From Paramecium tetraurelia (taxonomy: Eukaryota), in contig CT868330.1 of assembly GCA_000165425.1 (NCBI GenBank), positions 310,001 to 374,000 on the forward strand: a DNA stretch of 64,000 nucleotides, read 5' to 3'. The notes under the pieces were generated by a model. The model ran no database searches. It saw only the letters and a program-made list of their open reading frames with translations, and was not told the DNA's origin. Positions 26,471 to 39,300 of the stretch are shown here, piece by piece; the stretch's first letter is position 1, and every line of letters begins with the position of its first letter. The position numbers and the translations under genes were made by a program.

Positions 26471-28640
26471 ATGAATTCTATGAATTTGGATTCAAAGGAA
26501 TATTCAGTTGAGAAACATTGGAAATATATATATGTGGTGATACTCTTCTTCTCTTTATGCTCAGCATCAGTGATACCTATAATTTACTTATACTCACCAA
26601 AATGTAGACACCATCCTGCATAAATTCTTCTAATATTATGTAGGATCTTTTATATTTTAGGTATATTGGAGATGATAACATGCTATTAATGGTTTTTAGA
26701 TAGCGTTCACTTTGAAGAGTTGATTGAATTTTTGAACAAACTTATAGGTTACAATAAAATGAGAGAATATTATTTGTTTGGTTAAGGTGAGATATCTGAT
26801 GAAACACTATGTTCAATAAATTAGAGTCTCATATTCTTTGGATTCTTAGCACAACTTAACTATTATGCAATTCTAACATTAGATTTTATACTAACCTTAA
26901 CTAAACCCTTCTGGAATACTAAAATGAAATTGCTTTCATATAATCTAGGCGCATGCCTGGTGACAATAACTATGTTTTCTTTTGTAACACATTCTCTCGA
27001 AGGAAATTGTCACGGTATTAATACTAGTAAGGTTTCTGAAGTTCTTAAAGTCTAGTTGTTGGTAATAACTACATTATTAGTGATATCATTTTATGTGGGT
27101 AAAAAGGACCTTAATAGAATGAATAAAATTAATATTGACGTTAAAGAAAATAGGAAAAAATTGTTTTACAATCATTTAGTACACTAATACATTTACCTAA
27201 TTTAGTATTTATTTTTCACTCTGTTTATACTGTGGAGTTTGCCTTAATTAATTGCCTTATTAAGTGAATATGGTGCAGCCCAAAAAATATTGAATAGAAT
27301 CTATATAGCCATAATGTTATTGCATCGTATCATTATATTTTATAAAGGCAGCAACCATTTTGTTATAGATTCGACTTAGAGAACCTTACTTTAGGAGTAG
27401 ATGTGTACTTTTACTTGCAACAATCTTCTGCAGAAGGAGGTGGAAAGAAAACAAGGAGTAAAGTATATAGGATAATATTATAGTAAAAATGTAGATGATA
27501 GCATAATGGAGTAATGTTAACTCCCCCTTAACAAGCTAGTTTAAGTTCAAACCAACTAGGAGACTGTTTCAAATATTTTAAGTTCAATTCTGAAAGTTGT
27601 GAGTTATGAAGAGAAAATTACAGATTTACATCAACAGTGTAAATATAAGAAGTAATTCAGATTTTCACCTGATAAGATGGATTAATTTTAAATTAATTAA
27701 GAATCTCCTTTATTAAATTCAATAAATTACTCATTTGAATTAACGTTGACTTTTCAAATCTAAGAGTATGCTCCAGCAGTGTTTTAAGACATCAGATTGA
27801 AAAATGGCATTTCTTATGAATAGTTTCAAAAGTCATTAAGGCTAGATTATAATTAGGATCAAATCAAAAATACTTAAGAATCTCTAGGGAAAAGTGGATC
27901 ATTCTTCTTCTATACTTATGATAATGCATTTGTGTTGAAGACCATTAAATAGTCAGAAATTAAACTAATTTAAGAGTGTATGTTATTGAGTAAATTTTGT
28001 AGTTTTGGAAGACTATTATAAATATATAATTAATAATTAAACATTCCTGGCTAAATTTTATGGAATGTTTTCAATTAGCATAGAAGGTTTCTCTTAGATT
28101 CATTTATTATTAATGGAAAACATATTTTAACAAATACCCGATCAAAGAGTGGTTTATGATTTGAAAGGAAGCCTTGTGAATAGGAAATAAAGTGTCAAAG
28201 GCAGTCAAGTTGTTGATCTTACTAGTTCTTATGCGTAATATTTACCTTCGCAAGGAGTTTTAAAGGATCAAAATTTCATAAAATCTACAGACATATTTAT
28301 ATAATTGAATTAATAAAATAGAGATGCTTTATTTACAATTCTGAAGGAGGATATTGAATTCCTACTTAAAAATAATATCATGGACTATTCCTTGCTTATT
28401 GCTGTATGTAACTCTAAGATTTAAGACGAAAATCGCATATACTGTAATAGTAATAGATGCTATTGCTTTGGTCTAATAGATTATACATAACGGTTCACTC
28501 TATCAAAGAAATTAGAGTCCTTTTACAAGTTTTATTTGAAAAGAAAGGGTTAAAATATTTCATGCGTTGATCCTTAATTTTATAGTTAAAGATTTATTTC
28601 ATTCATTAATAGTATAATAGCTATTAATGATTTTGCATGA
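26471..28640 (+). CDS. GPCR-PIPK: 7-transmembrane receptor-like domain fused to a phosphatidylinositol-phosphate kinase (PIP5K-type) domain
   Basis: 7 hydrophobic segments (to ~27390), then EYAPAVFQDIR, GKSGSFFFYTYD..FVLKTI, LAKFYGMF, LLMENIF, YDLKGS, LKDQNF, IMDYSLL, FGLIDYTQ, ISCVDPQFYSQRF; frame continuous over short introns. Confidence 0.88.
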
Positions 28641-28694
28641 ATTATTAATTTTGTTTTTATATATATATTTTTTAGGATTATCAATTTTCTTAAA

Positions 28695-29240
28695 ATGACA
28701 ACCATTAATAAAGCTACTTTGGGAGGAGGATGTTTTTGGTGCATAGAAGCAGTATTCAAGAGAATTAAAGGAGTAAATGAAGTCTACTCAGGATATGCTG
28801 GAGGTGCAAACAAAAATACTGCTAATTATAAAGATGTATGTAGAGGAGATAGTGGACATGCAGAAGTTGTATAAATCACCTATGATGAATCAAAACTTAA
28901 ATATTATGATCTTCTAACTGTGTTTTTTAATTCTCATGATCCCACTACCTTAAATCGACAAGGCAATGATTAGGGACATTAATACAGATCAATTATTTTT
29001 TATCATAATGAACAATAAAGATTAATAGCAGTCGATTTAATTAAGGAACTAAGCAAATCGTATAAAAATCCTATCGTTACAGAGATAGTCCAATTTTAGG
29101 ACTTTTATAAAGCAGAGAATTATCATTAGGACTATTATGATAATAATAAAAATGAAGGATATTGCAAGGTAGTGATTAAACCAAAATTAGAAAAAATAGT
29201 CAAATTATTCAAGGACAAACTAAAGCAGGAAATTAAATGA
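28695..29240 (+). CDS. msrA: Peptide methionine sulfoxide reductase A
   Basis: [57 protein letters not shown]; intronless. Confidence 0.97.
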
Positions 29241-29329
29241 TAATAATATTATATCTGAAGTTAAGATATTAAATATATATAAGGTTCTATATATTCCTTA
29301 ATAATAGCAAATAAAAATTTAGTTAACAT

Positions 29330-30371
29330 TCATTTCCAATAAGATTAGATATCTACGACAATTAAAGTCATATTATCTTTTTTATAGTTAGTATTTTTGG
29401 AGGCTGCTTTGTCCAAGAGATATTATGCTAATTAATCTATTTCCTTTCTATTCCAATTTTCAATCAATTGTTTTAACTCATCATTTTTAATAATCTAATT
29501 AAATTTATAATCTTACATCCCAGAAACCATCAGATGCCAAAATCAAGTATTTATCTTTTTAATCTATTTGATGTATTTTGATTTCAGGTATGGCAATCAA
29601 ACCTGCTTGTATATGTTTTTTATCTCCAAAAGCCCTGGTTACTGCTAATTCTCCATTGATCCTTGGGATAGAACTAAAATTAGTAAATGTGAATACTGTC
29701 TGTCCAGAATAGTTGCCATTTGTTCTACTCGTTTGAGTTCATCTTCTCTATTGAGTTTATGCTCAAGATTCAATTTCTTAATCTCACATTCCTCATTGAT
29801 TAAAACACAAGCAGAATCCCCCAAATTTACAATATAGAGATCTTTATGTCTGTTTATAACACAAATTGCAGTAGAACCCCCTTGCAACTGGTTTTCTTCT
29901 TGACAATCAAGGATGTATTGATTCATTTTCTCAAAGCTATTTATAATTGCCTTCTCCAAATTATCACTGAAATCGTTTTCCTCTTATAGATATTTATGCA
30001 GATTATTTTCGAGAATAGTAGACACAGAATGACCTGCATGACCATCATAGACTGCATAAAAGAATTATGCCTCTTTGTTTTGATTAAGATTGGGAATGGC
30101 AACAAACTTAAATTAAGAAGATTAAGTACTCTATCTTCTTGATACTTTCTACCACACTTAAGTTGAGCCACATCAGCAACTGTCTTTCCATTTTGTGAAA
30201 ATTATAAAGACTAATCACTAACTATTAATAAATTGAATAATACATGGGTTCATGGAAAAATATGTCTGTTTGTTACTTCCAACCATCAGAAGAGTGAGTG
30301 CTTTCAGGTTAAACATCAGCAATTGCAACATTTAACTACAACTTTGGCTTGGGTTTCTTCTGGTAATTCAT
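29330..30371 (-). CDS. Protein phosphatase 2C
   Basis: GRKYQEDR, YAVYDGHAG, GGSTA, NLGDS, VTRAFGD, ILASDGFWD, KDNMT; several introns. Confidence 0.93.
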
Positions 30372-30444
30372 AATAGTAATAAAAATTATTGTATTACGTG
30401 ATATTAACAAATTTGTAATGATTATATTTGATAAAATTTATATA

Positions 30445-31536
30445 TCAATTTTAACTTATTCTAGCTTTTCTTTCGTGATTCTCATCTTCTACTTGATTGA
30501 ATCTATCCTCAACCATCTCTTCTAATTAACTGACTAATTAAAGTTCGTTTCTTCTGGCTTGAGTGGCAAAGTTATATTCATTTTAGAAGGTTGCACATAA
30601 AGCAGTTGCTTAATCCCAAAGTTATTAATTTCTTTAGAGTTTTCCTGAGGCAGTCTAAGCAATAGCAGAATTGGTTCCAATGCATTATGCCAAATGATCT
30701 AGTTTGTCTTGTAATCTTTCAGCTTAAGCATTAAGTCTGGCAAGAGTTTGGCCGATTCTTTCCTTTTGGTCGTTGAAGGCAGCAATTGATTAAGCATTTG
30801 AATCAGCATATTCATTGTAGGCTTCATGAATATTTTATTTCAAAGTTTCCAACAATTGAGCAACTCTTTCAAGGGAAGTCTCATCGAAATCCTTAGAGGA
30901 TGCCAATTAAGCGAAGGCATAAAGGATTGGGGCAAATCTTGCAGTTTCCTTGATGCTGAATGATGTTTAGAGCATCACCTTTGAGACTCTGCTGATTTCA
31001 GCAAAGCTTCCTGATCCACTATAGATGGCGGCCAAGATGTCTGATGCTTCATCGATAGCATGGAGAGCGTCTTCATAATCTCTTCCTCTCTTCTTGAAAT
31101 AACTTGCTTCTTATTCAGCAGCAGTCATGACCATATTCAAGTGTTTCTCTGCAGTGAATGTTTATTGTTAGTTGACTTCTTATTAATTGGTGGCTCTGAT
31201 TTTTGATGTTTAGCAAACATTCAACTAAGCTGTGGAATCTCTAAGGATGTTCTTGGCATCTTAGACTTCCTTGCTTCTGAATTCATCTTCAGATTCACAT
31301 TCACTCACTTAAATTTAGTATATTTCGTCATGATTCACTTATTCGAAATTTACTGAATCCCTGAAATCTCTCAAAACATTCAAGATGGCATCTAATGGAG
31401 CCTTTGTTTGAATCTTAGCTTCCACTTCAGCCATCACTGATGTAATGGATCTCTTCTTGGAGTAATCAAACCTATTCTTGGATGCACCAGCAGAGGCAAC
31501 ACTCAGGAGTAAAACCACTAAAAGAACTGTTCTCAT
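30445..31536 (-). CDS. Trichocyst matrix protein (TMP/GRL family) precursor, 363 aa
   Basis: Signal peptide, two helical mature segments each with paired Cys, C-terminal ...LCATFQNEY...RRNELQLVSQLEEMV; intronless; high-expression codon bias. Confidence 0.85.
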
Positions 31537-31985
31537 TAATTATAATAATGCCCAAAACCTTTTTGCTATATCGTTTTTAAATCTGTTAAATCACTTATTC
31601 AAAAATCTACAACTTCTGTTAGTTTACTAAAATAGAATTGAACATAATTTAAAAATCAATGGTTTAATTTTAATGAGAATTTATAATTGTTCAGCAATTT
31701 AATTTTATCAGTCCAAAATACAAGAATTCAAACTTTCTAACCTTCAAAATCCATTCTCTCATTCAACTTATCTATTTGAATTATACATCCGAACTACCAT
31801 TTCCTTAAATTTTAATATGTGAATGATCTAGCATAATTCTGATCATTCAATCTGCCAGGAAATCTCTTGATCTCACTCTTAACCAGAAAAACTACAATTT
31901 TGTTAGGAAAACCTGTGTCGATTGTAAAATTCGTATATTATTAAGATTACTTGAAATTATATATTGTAATATATTTATATTTATT

Positions 31986-32392
31986 TCATTTTGTAAAAAG
32001 TTTCCCTTGTGAACTACTAATAATTAACTAAATTACTGTTTTCTGTAAAGCTGATATATTCCTGTTTAAGCCATGCAAAAATTACACAGAACTAAATTAT
32101 AAACTCTTGGTCTAATAATAAAGCACCATCTATGATATATATGTTATGATAGTCTGTACCTTGTAAATAGTAATCCAGTCAAGGTAATAACGCATTGTTA
32201 CAGAGTGTTAACTTATTCAACTGGTTTGCGCATGTCTCCAATATTGGCAATAGAAATTCCCCATTTGGCTAATGGAGTCCAGAAAAAGATCGTGAAGGGA
32301 CCTTTTTTGCTCATCATGAATTTTTTCATGAAGGCAGGCCAAAAATTCCAAGCACAAATATATTGCTATAACTTTGGCACAATTCCCAACAT
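31986..32392 (-). CDS. MPC2: Mitochondrial pyruvate carrier (MPC2-like)
   Basis: KGPFTIFFWTPLAKWGISIANIGDMRKP, TGLLFTRWCFIIRP..YNL..CNF....G.YQL; 2 introns. Confidence 0.92.
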
Positions 32393-33889
32393 ATGATTCA
32401 ATTAAAAATATAAATACACTAAAATAACACTATGATATATATAATAATTCATATTATTAATTAATCATAAATAACATGATATCTATATAATTTTATACTT
32501 TTTTGAACCAAAAAATCCAACAAATTCATTATAATCAGAAAATTAAGAAGACTGATTCATTTGAATTGAAAGAACCTCTCATTTTCAATCATTCTTACTG
32601 CTTAATTTCGAGGGTATCTGTTAATGAATTATAATTATTAGACTAGTCTTTGATATTTTTAATATTAGAAATGATTTTATAATTTTAGATTAATTTTTTT
32701 TCATCTTCATCATATATTAATAAAATTCTAATTTATCTCTAAATTGCTTCAAGGTATTTTACAATTTTTTTTTCAATTATAATACTTTGTTGTTTCCTTC
32801 CTTAGCTATAGTTTTATAAATGTGCTAAATTTTAAGATTGTTCTATTATTAAATTAACTTATTATCCAAAAGTAAATAATCAAATTATAAGATTGTTTAG
32901 TCTACTATTAAGAATATTGATAAGATTAAAATTTAACAAAATTAAACCAAACATTAACATGATGCCATTGATCTACAAATATTTTTTAACATTTTTATTT
33001 TTTCGTTAGATCTAATTTTTCACAAATTTTATTTCTTATAAACAACAAGTAAATTAGATATTTATCATCATTGTAGTAGAACATATTGAATTTTAATATA
33101 TATTAACTATTTATTTATTAAAATTTCATGAGAATATTATAAGTTTGAATTAATATAATTTATAGTTCTAATCGAAGGTAAATAAATCATGATAAATCAG
33201 CAGAAACATAAAAATTTTAATCATCAATAAGTTGTAGTTTTTTTCTAAAAGAACTTTTATTCTCATTATCCTTTAATCTATGTATATGATAATCCAATAA
33301 TATTTATAGTTGTATGAGTATTAATATGAGTTAATTCTTTTGAAAAATCTTTAATCACTAATTAATTGAATTTAAATTAATTAGCATCTAAAAGTGCAAC
33401 TTATTGACCTTTATGTGAGTATTATAACCATTGTTTTCCAAAAGTTGCAAGTATTATTGAAGGTAATCACTATTCTAGCATTACAACAATTAAGGAAAAT
33501 TAGATGAAGAAATGTAACTTAAATTTTTAAACCTTAATTATGAAATAATTTAGTTGTAATAAATAGTTAAATTTGAAGAGAATTTAGTTAGTTGTGTTTA
33601 CTAATCATTATTTATGAAATGTAGAGGTTATTCTGAGGATTTGAAATAATTTTATTAATTTATGATCTGAAATAAAGTGTCTGAAAAATAGTGGTAATAT
33701 TAGAATTGCATAATACTTTTGGTTGTTTTATTAATCTGGTGTACAATTTTGGCGAATTCAAATAAGCCTATGTAAAATTTTTATCAAGTAATAACGAAAC
33801 TAAGATTTTAATTTAATCATATATACAGGAAGCAACAAATCTTTTATTTTTAATTAACAATCAAAATATCAATTTATAATGTGAAAAAC

Positions 33890-35425
33890 ATGAATTCTTA
33901 CAACAAAATTGATTCTTCTATCCAACACTATGCTAATTTGATGATGGGGGTACCTTTAGTTACGCAGTTTAAGGGAATCCTTTCGAATGCTTAAATGAAT
34001 ATATTTTTTTAAAGTTTTCTTTTTTTTTTACTCTTCAAAATAGGAATGAAACAATACTCTTGCTCAGCCTTATACATTGGTGTTGATGGCGAAAGTCAAC
34101 AAGTTACCATTATCTCAAATTCTGGCTCTTTGCTAATAAAAGTAAGCATTATATTGAAAATTTAAAAGACTGTTCCAAACGACTAATAGATGGTGTATTT
34201 GCCAGCTGGTTCGATGGACACAATACTGTACTTTGGTAAAGAAATCACTGAAAGTACATTTATCGTATAATCGTAGATCAAGAGATGAGTACACTGGACC
34301 TGGAGAATCCTGAAACACAAATTAAAGTGTCTTTTCTGTTGAGTTAAAAGGATAGTTAAGAACTTTAAAACCAATTGAGAGGAAAGCAAGTGTTCTATCG
34401 TTCTTCAAATCCTCGAATATTGGCTTAAATAGCCCCAGGAATCTGTAAAAAAAGATACTTATATTAGAACTGATTCAAACACAAGACAAAGTAATGATCG
34501 AAAAAATAGCCACCTTCCCAAAAACTATGCAAGATTCTGCCTCTATTAGCCGACTTGTAAGAGATGTTATATAATTGTAAGGGTTAATTGAAGCAAGAAG
34601 CTGATATCCTCTCCCTATTGAAAGAGCATGAACATTAAAATATAATTAAATTGGAAGAAATCGTGACCGACAATGAATATGTGTCTATCATTTTGGAGAA
34701 TTGCTAAGGAGGAGATCTCTTAAAATTACTGAATAAGAAAACTAATAAAATAGATATTCCTCTGGTTATGGTAAACTTACTTTAAGGTACTCAATTGTCC
34801 TAATAATTAACTAGGTTTAAAACACCTTCATGATCTAAACATCGTCCATCGAGATATCAAGCTTCAAAACATATTGTTTTTAGATACTTAAGATGGCAAT
34901 ACTTTAAAAATTGCTGATTTCGGTCTCTCCTGCTTGAAATAATAAATTCCGTATTACAACCCAAGGTATGAATAGATTTAATATTTTTGTAGATGTGGAA
35001 CTCCTGGATACACTGCTCCAGAAGTATTTGCTCAACAATGCATATACGACGAAAAAGTAGACATTTATAGTGCTGGAATCATTCTATATAATATGTACAT
35101 ATTCTAACTTATATATTTTTAGGTTAACTCTTAAAAACCCTTTCGGTAATTCAAAAAACATGCAAGACATCATCAAAAGAAATATAAGTGGACTCTACGA
35201 TGAAAATCACTTGGCTAGTGTTAAAATAAACAATCCACTCGGATATGATCTACTTATTAAGATGCTTTAGAAGGATGCTCGTAACCGTCCTAGTGCTAGA
35301 GAATGTTTAGCACATCCCTTCTTAAATTAAGAAAATATAATAATTGAGGATGATGAAAATTCGATAAAAAATCAGTCATAGAAGGGAATCCAAACAACAA
35401 AACGAGTAAAGATTTGAATTTGTGA
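33890..35425 (+). CDS. Ser/Thr protein kinase (CAMK-like) with N-terminal PH-like region
   Basis: YAQLKGILSN..., IILENCQGGDL, HRDIKLQNIL, IADFGLS, CGTPGYTAPE, VDIYSAGII, RPSARECLAHPF; several introns. Confidence 0.9.
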
Positions 35426-35926
35426 ATACTATCAATTATTCTCTTAAAATTTCTTAGGATCTGACTTATCTTCATCATCTGTACTCCATCTTTTAACAAT
35501 ATTCTGTATTCCAAAGGGGAGGGAGAATTGATTTCAACCCCAACCCCTAAAATTGTTCTGATTTGGAATTTTTTTGTTTTATTATTATTCGCCATACGAT
35601 TAATAAGTTTATTAGAACATTCTTTAATAAAAATCAAGTTTTTATTTACTATTTAATTAAATATAAATATTAGAAATAATTTATATTAATAATAATATTT
35701 AATTACCATAAATTAATATATAATTCTTTATTGCTTTTAATACATAGCTATTTTCTATTCGAGTACAAAATAATCAACTTTCAGTTTTGAATACTAATAC
35801 ATATATATTTGTGATAATTATCATACACAATTGCATTTACAAAATTATCAAAGAGTGCTAATCTGACTAAACTTTTTCATATACTTGATTTCATAATTAT
35901 ACTTTAATTATTCATTAGATTAGGAT

Positions 35927-36337
35927 TCAATTGATTCCAAATTTTTAAATTAAAGAATCATAAATTTCAAATATAGTCTTGTTATTTCTTGCTTACAGAT
36001 GTGAATATTATATATAACACCCTATCTCATTAGATAGTTACTTTCTGTGGTCTTATTAAACTAATAACTTTAAGTTGAAGATGGTTTGATCTTATTTTGA
36101 TAAACATATAACCTCCGTTACTCTATAGGTGTGATGACCTCTCATAAAAATGATACTATATTTCTCCCTTAAACAAACATTGATTTCACTTCCAATATTT
36201 TTATTAGTCTATCTATCAAGGATGTGATGCGAAATGCACTCTGAATCTTTGTGAGATGATGCATGTCTAATTTAAATCTAAGGTCTAAATATGGTATCAT
36301 TATTTAGTAAGAGGTTCATTAGTTCCTGTTACATCAT
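35927..36337 (-). CDS. Hypothetical protein
   Basis: MMQQELMNLLLNNDTIFRPQIQIRHASSHKDSECISHHILD...; GC-richer than flanks; 3' end depends on a predicted 22-nt intron. Confidence 0.5.
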
Positions 36338-36391
36338 GGCTATATATATATAATATATATATTAAATAATCTATTTGTTTCTTAGAATATA

Positions 36392-39300
36392 TCATAATTA
36401 GAACATTATCAATGGAAGCACGAGCAGGATCTAAGCAAAATTGTCTGTTGTGACATTGTTTGTGCTATTAGTATTGTTGGGTGGGGTAACAACAGATTTA
36501 CATTTTTCACATATATTCGAGGCACTATTCCAAGTATATGTATAGAGACTAGAATCGAAACAAGTGGAAGCTGACAACGAGGTCGAATCACCAACGACAC
36601 AACCAGAGGCAGTTGCTATACAAATAGTGATTGACTTTTCATCAAAACTATATACTGGTTTACAGATTTATCCATTAGCTACAGTTGCACATGTATGACT
36701 GATGCAAGTAGTTGTATTTTGAGTTGAAGTCAAGAATTGGCAAGTATTGAATTTGGATTTGCAAGCTACAGCATCAGAATTGGCTTATTCGCATGAAGTC
36801 ATTAAAGCACAAGTTCCACTATTGGCATCATTTTTGGATGGCGTGAATACACAAATTCCATCTACTCCACCTGAATTACAAGCAATTTTGGTTTTGTAAG
36901 TAGTGCATTCGCCCTTAGTAATGCAATTGGTTCCATTTGAGATACATGATACATTCCTTAGTTTACAAATTTCTGATGTCACATCATTGAAATCTGTGCA
37001 AACCTTGACTCTGCAGGATTTCACACCTTACACTTATCCTGATGGGAATGTGTATATGCACTCTCCATCTGTACCATAGTAACACCCTTATTCTTTGTAT
37101 GAACTGCATAGACCCATTTGGACACAATTGGTGCCATTTGTTGTACATTATGTATCTGCCTAGAATGCATTACATTTTGAATGACTTGTGATTTCGATGG
37201 CTGTTGCTACTGTAGCATCAGTGCATTTTCTCAGATTACATTTTGCACTTTACCAAATGCACACTCCATCAGTGCCACCAGCACCACAACTGATTTCTGT
37301 AATATAGCCTTAACAAGTAGATTTTTCAATGCAAGCAACACCATCAGAGATACACAAGGTTGAGAATTATTGACAAAGGTCTTTCGTAGTTCCAGCGGCA
37401 TCACTACATTTTGTGAATTATGTGCAATGGGCTGCACTATTTAAAGTGGCAGCTACCCATCCACATTGTCCATTGGTACCAATTTAGCAACTAGTTGGAT
37501 TTGTATATTTAGCACATGGAGCAATAGCAATACAATTGTTTCCATTGCTTGTACAATTTTTGGAATATTTATTACATTGTGAATATGATAGTCCACTTAT
37601 GTCAGTGCATTTAGAGTATGTAATACATTGAGATTAGAACCATAAACAAGTATTACCCTTATAATCAATAGTACATTTGTCTTGAATCAACACCTCCTCA
37701 CATTTGTACTGGACATTAATGCATCCTTTGCCATTGGTTACACAATTGCTTAAGAATTCTTAGCATTTGGTGTCAGTGGTGAGTTACTTACTTGCATCAG
37801 AGCAATCTAATGGTCGACAGTAAGTCTTATTCCAAACACAAATACCTCCTTTGTCAGTAGTTTTGGCTGCAGAACAAATGGCTGATGTAGTGTAAGATGA
37901 ACAGGCACCAATGGTGATGCATCCTTTGCCTTTACTTGTACAGGTTTTGTAGAGTTAATAGCAATCTTCATGAGTGGTCAAACTCTCTGAAGCATCTTCG
38001 CATTTCCAATTCCTACAAAGTCCAACATTGGTTGTTTTGTTAATCTCCCATGCACACATACCGATTGCAGTACTGACAGGAGTGTTAACACAAACTGATT
38101 AGGATTTGAGAGCACTGCATTCAGTTTACAAGTCTCTGCAATTTCCAACATAGCCACATGAAGCTTTACTTTTACAAGCTTTTTCAGTTTAGACATCTTC
38201 ACATTACACACTTGCAACACAACCAAACCCATTTGTCACACATCCTTCCTTAAATGTGTTACATAGTTCATCAGTTTCATAATTGTTGGGAGCTTCATTA
38301 CATTACACAGCAACACAGGAGGAGATGGTAGTTGAAGTTGTACCTTTACATGGTTTATCAGTAGCCGAGAACATTGCACAGGATTTGATGGTACCTTAGA
38401 AAGATGAACATGGTTATGGAGATACACAACCTTACCCTTTAGTAACACATCCCTTAAGAAAATCATCACATTCTTAATCAGTGGTGGCACTTAGATTGTG
38501 AGTGCAAACCCTATTGACACAAGCAATCAAGGGTGTAGCTGTACTAGAGTTCCAACATTATCTCGTTCCGTTTTCCCCCTTGAACTTACTGCATTCTGCT
38601 TGTGTTCCTGTATACTGAGTACATTTTGCTGTTGCATCAATGCATCCCCTGCCTTTGGTCACACATCCGACTTGAAATTCTAAGCATAAATCATCAGTGT
38701 TTGAAGTAGTATCATCTGCGCACAATCGATCTCTGCATTGTTGAGTGGCAGTGGCAGCACTACTATTCCAGCATTTTTTGGAATTGCCTGTGAATTAAGA
38801 ACAAGTCGATTAATTGCCAATGTAACTGGTACAAGGTTCTGTTTTTGCAATGCATCCTTTCCCTCTTGTTACACATCCAGCCATATATGTATTGCATTAA
38901 ATGTCATTAACACCATCCATGTTGTCATAACAATTTTTGACTGTACAAGCACCAGTTGAATCTGCACCTTTACATTTAATTGAATTTCCCACAAAGGAGA
39001 GACAACTTGACGTGGTTCCAATGTATTATGCACAAGTGACTGTCGAATCAACACAACCTTTACCAGAAGTTCTGCATCCTGTTAAAAAGGCCTCACATTC
39101 TTGATCTGTCATTGCAGTAGTATTGTGAGTGCACTGTCTAACCACACAAGTTCCTTAACCATAGGCTAACCAACATCGCCCTCCAGAGGTTGTCCTGAGA
39201 TTTTGACATTGTGAGGCAGCAACATTTGTGTATTAGGAACAATTATCCTGCATAGTATAACAACTAACACCATCATAGGTACAGGTTGATAGATGATCGG

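Noticed and set aside
35296..35637. 113-aa - strand track ORF
   Set aside because: Begins at a non-ATG codon, ends at TAG (not a stop here) and overlaps the kinase C-terminus
36125..36265. GTGATGA/CTGA words resembling a C/D-box snoRNA
   Set aside because: No convincing terminal stem or rRNA guide seen; the region is explained by a - strand ORF
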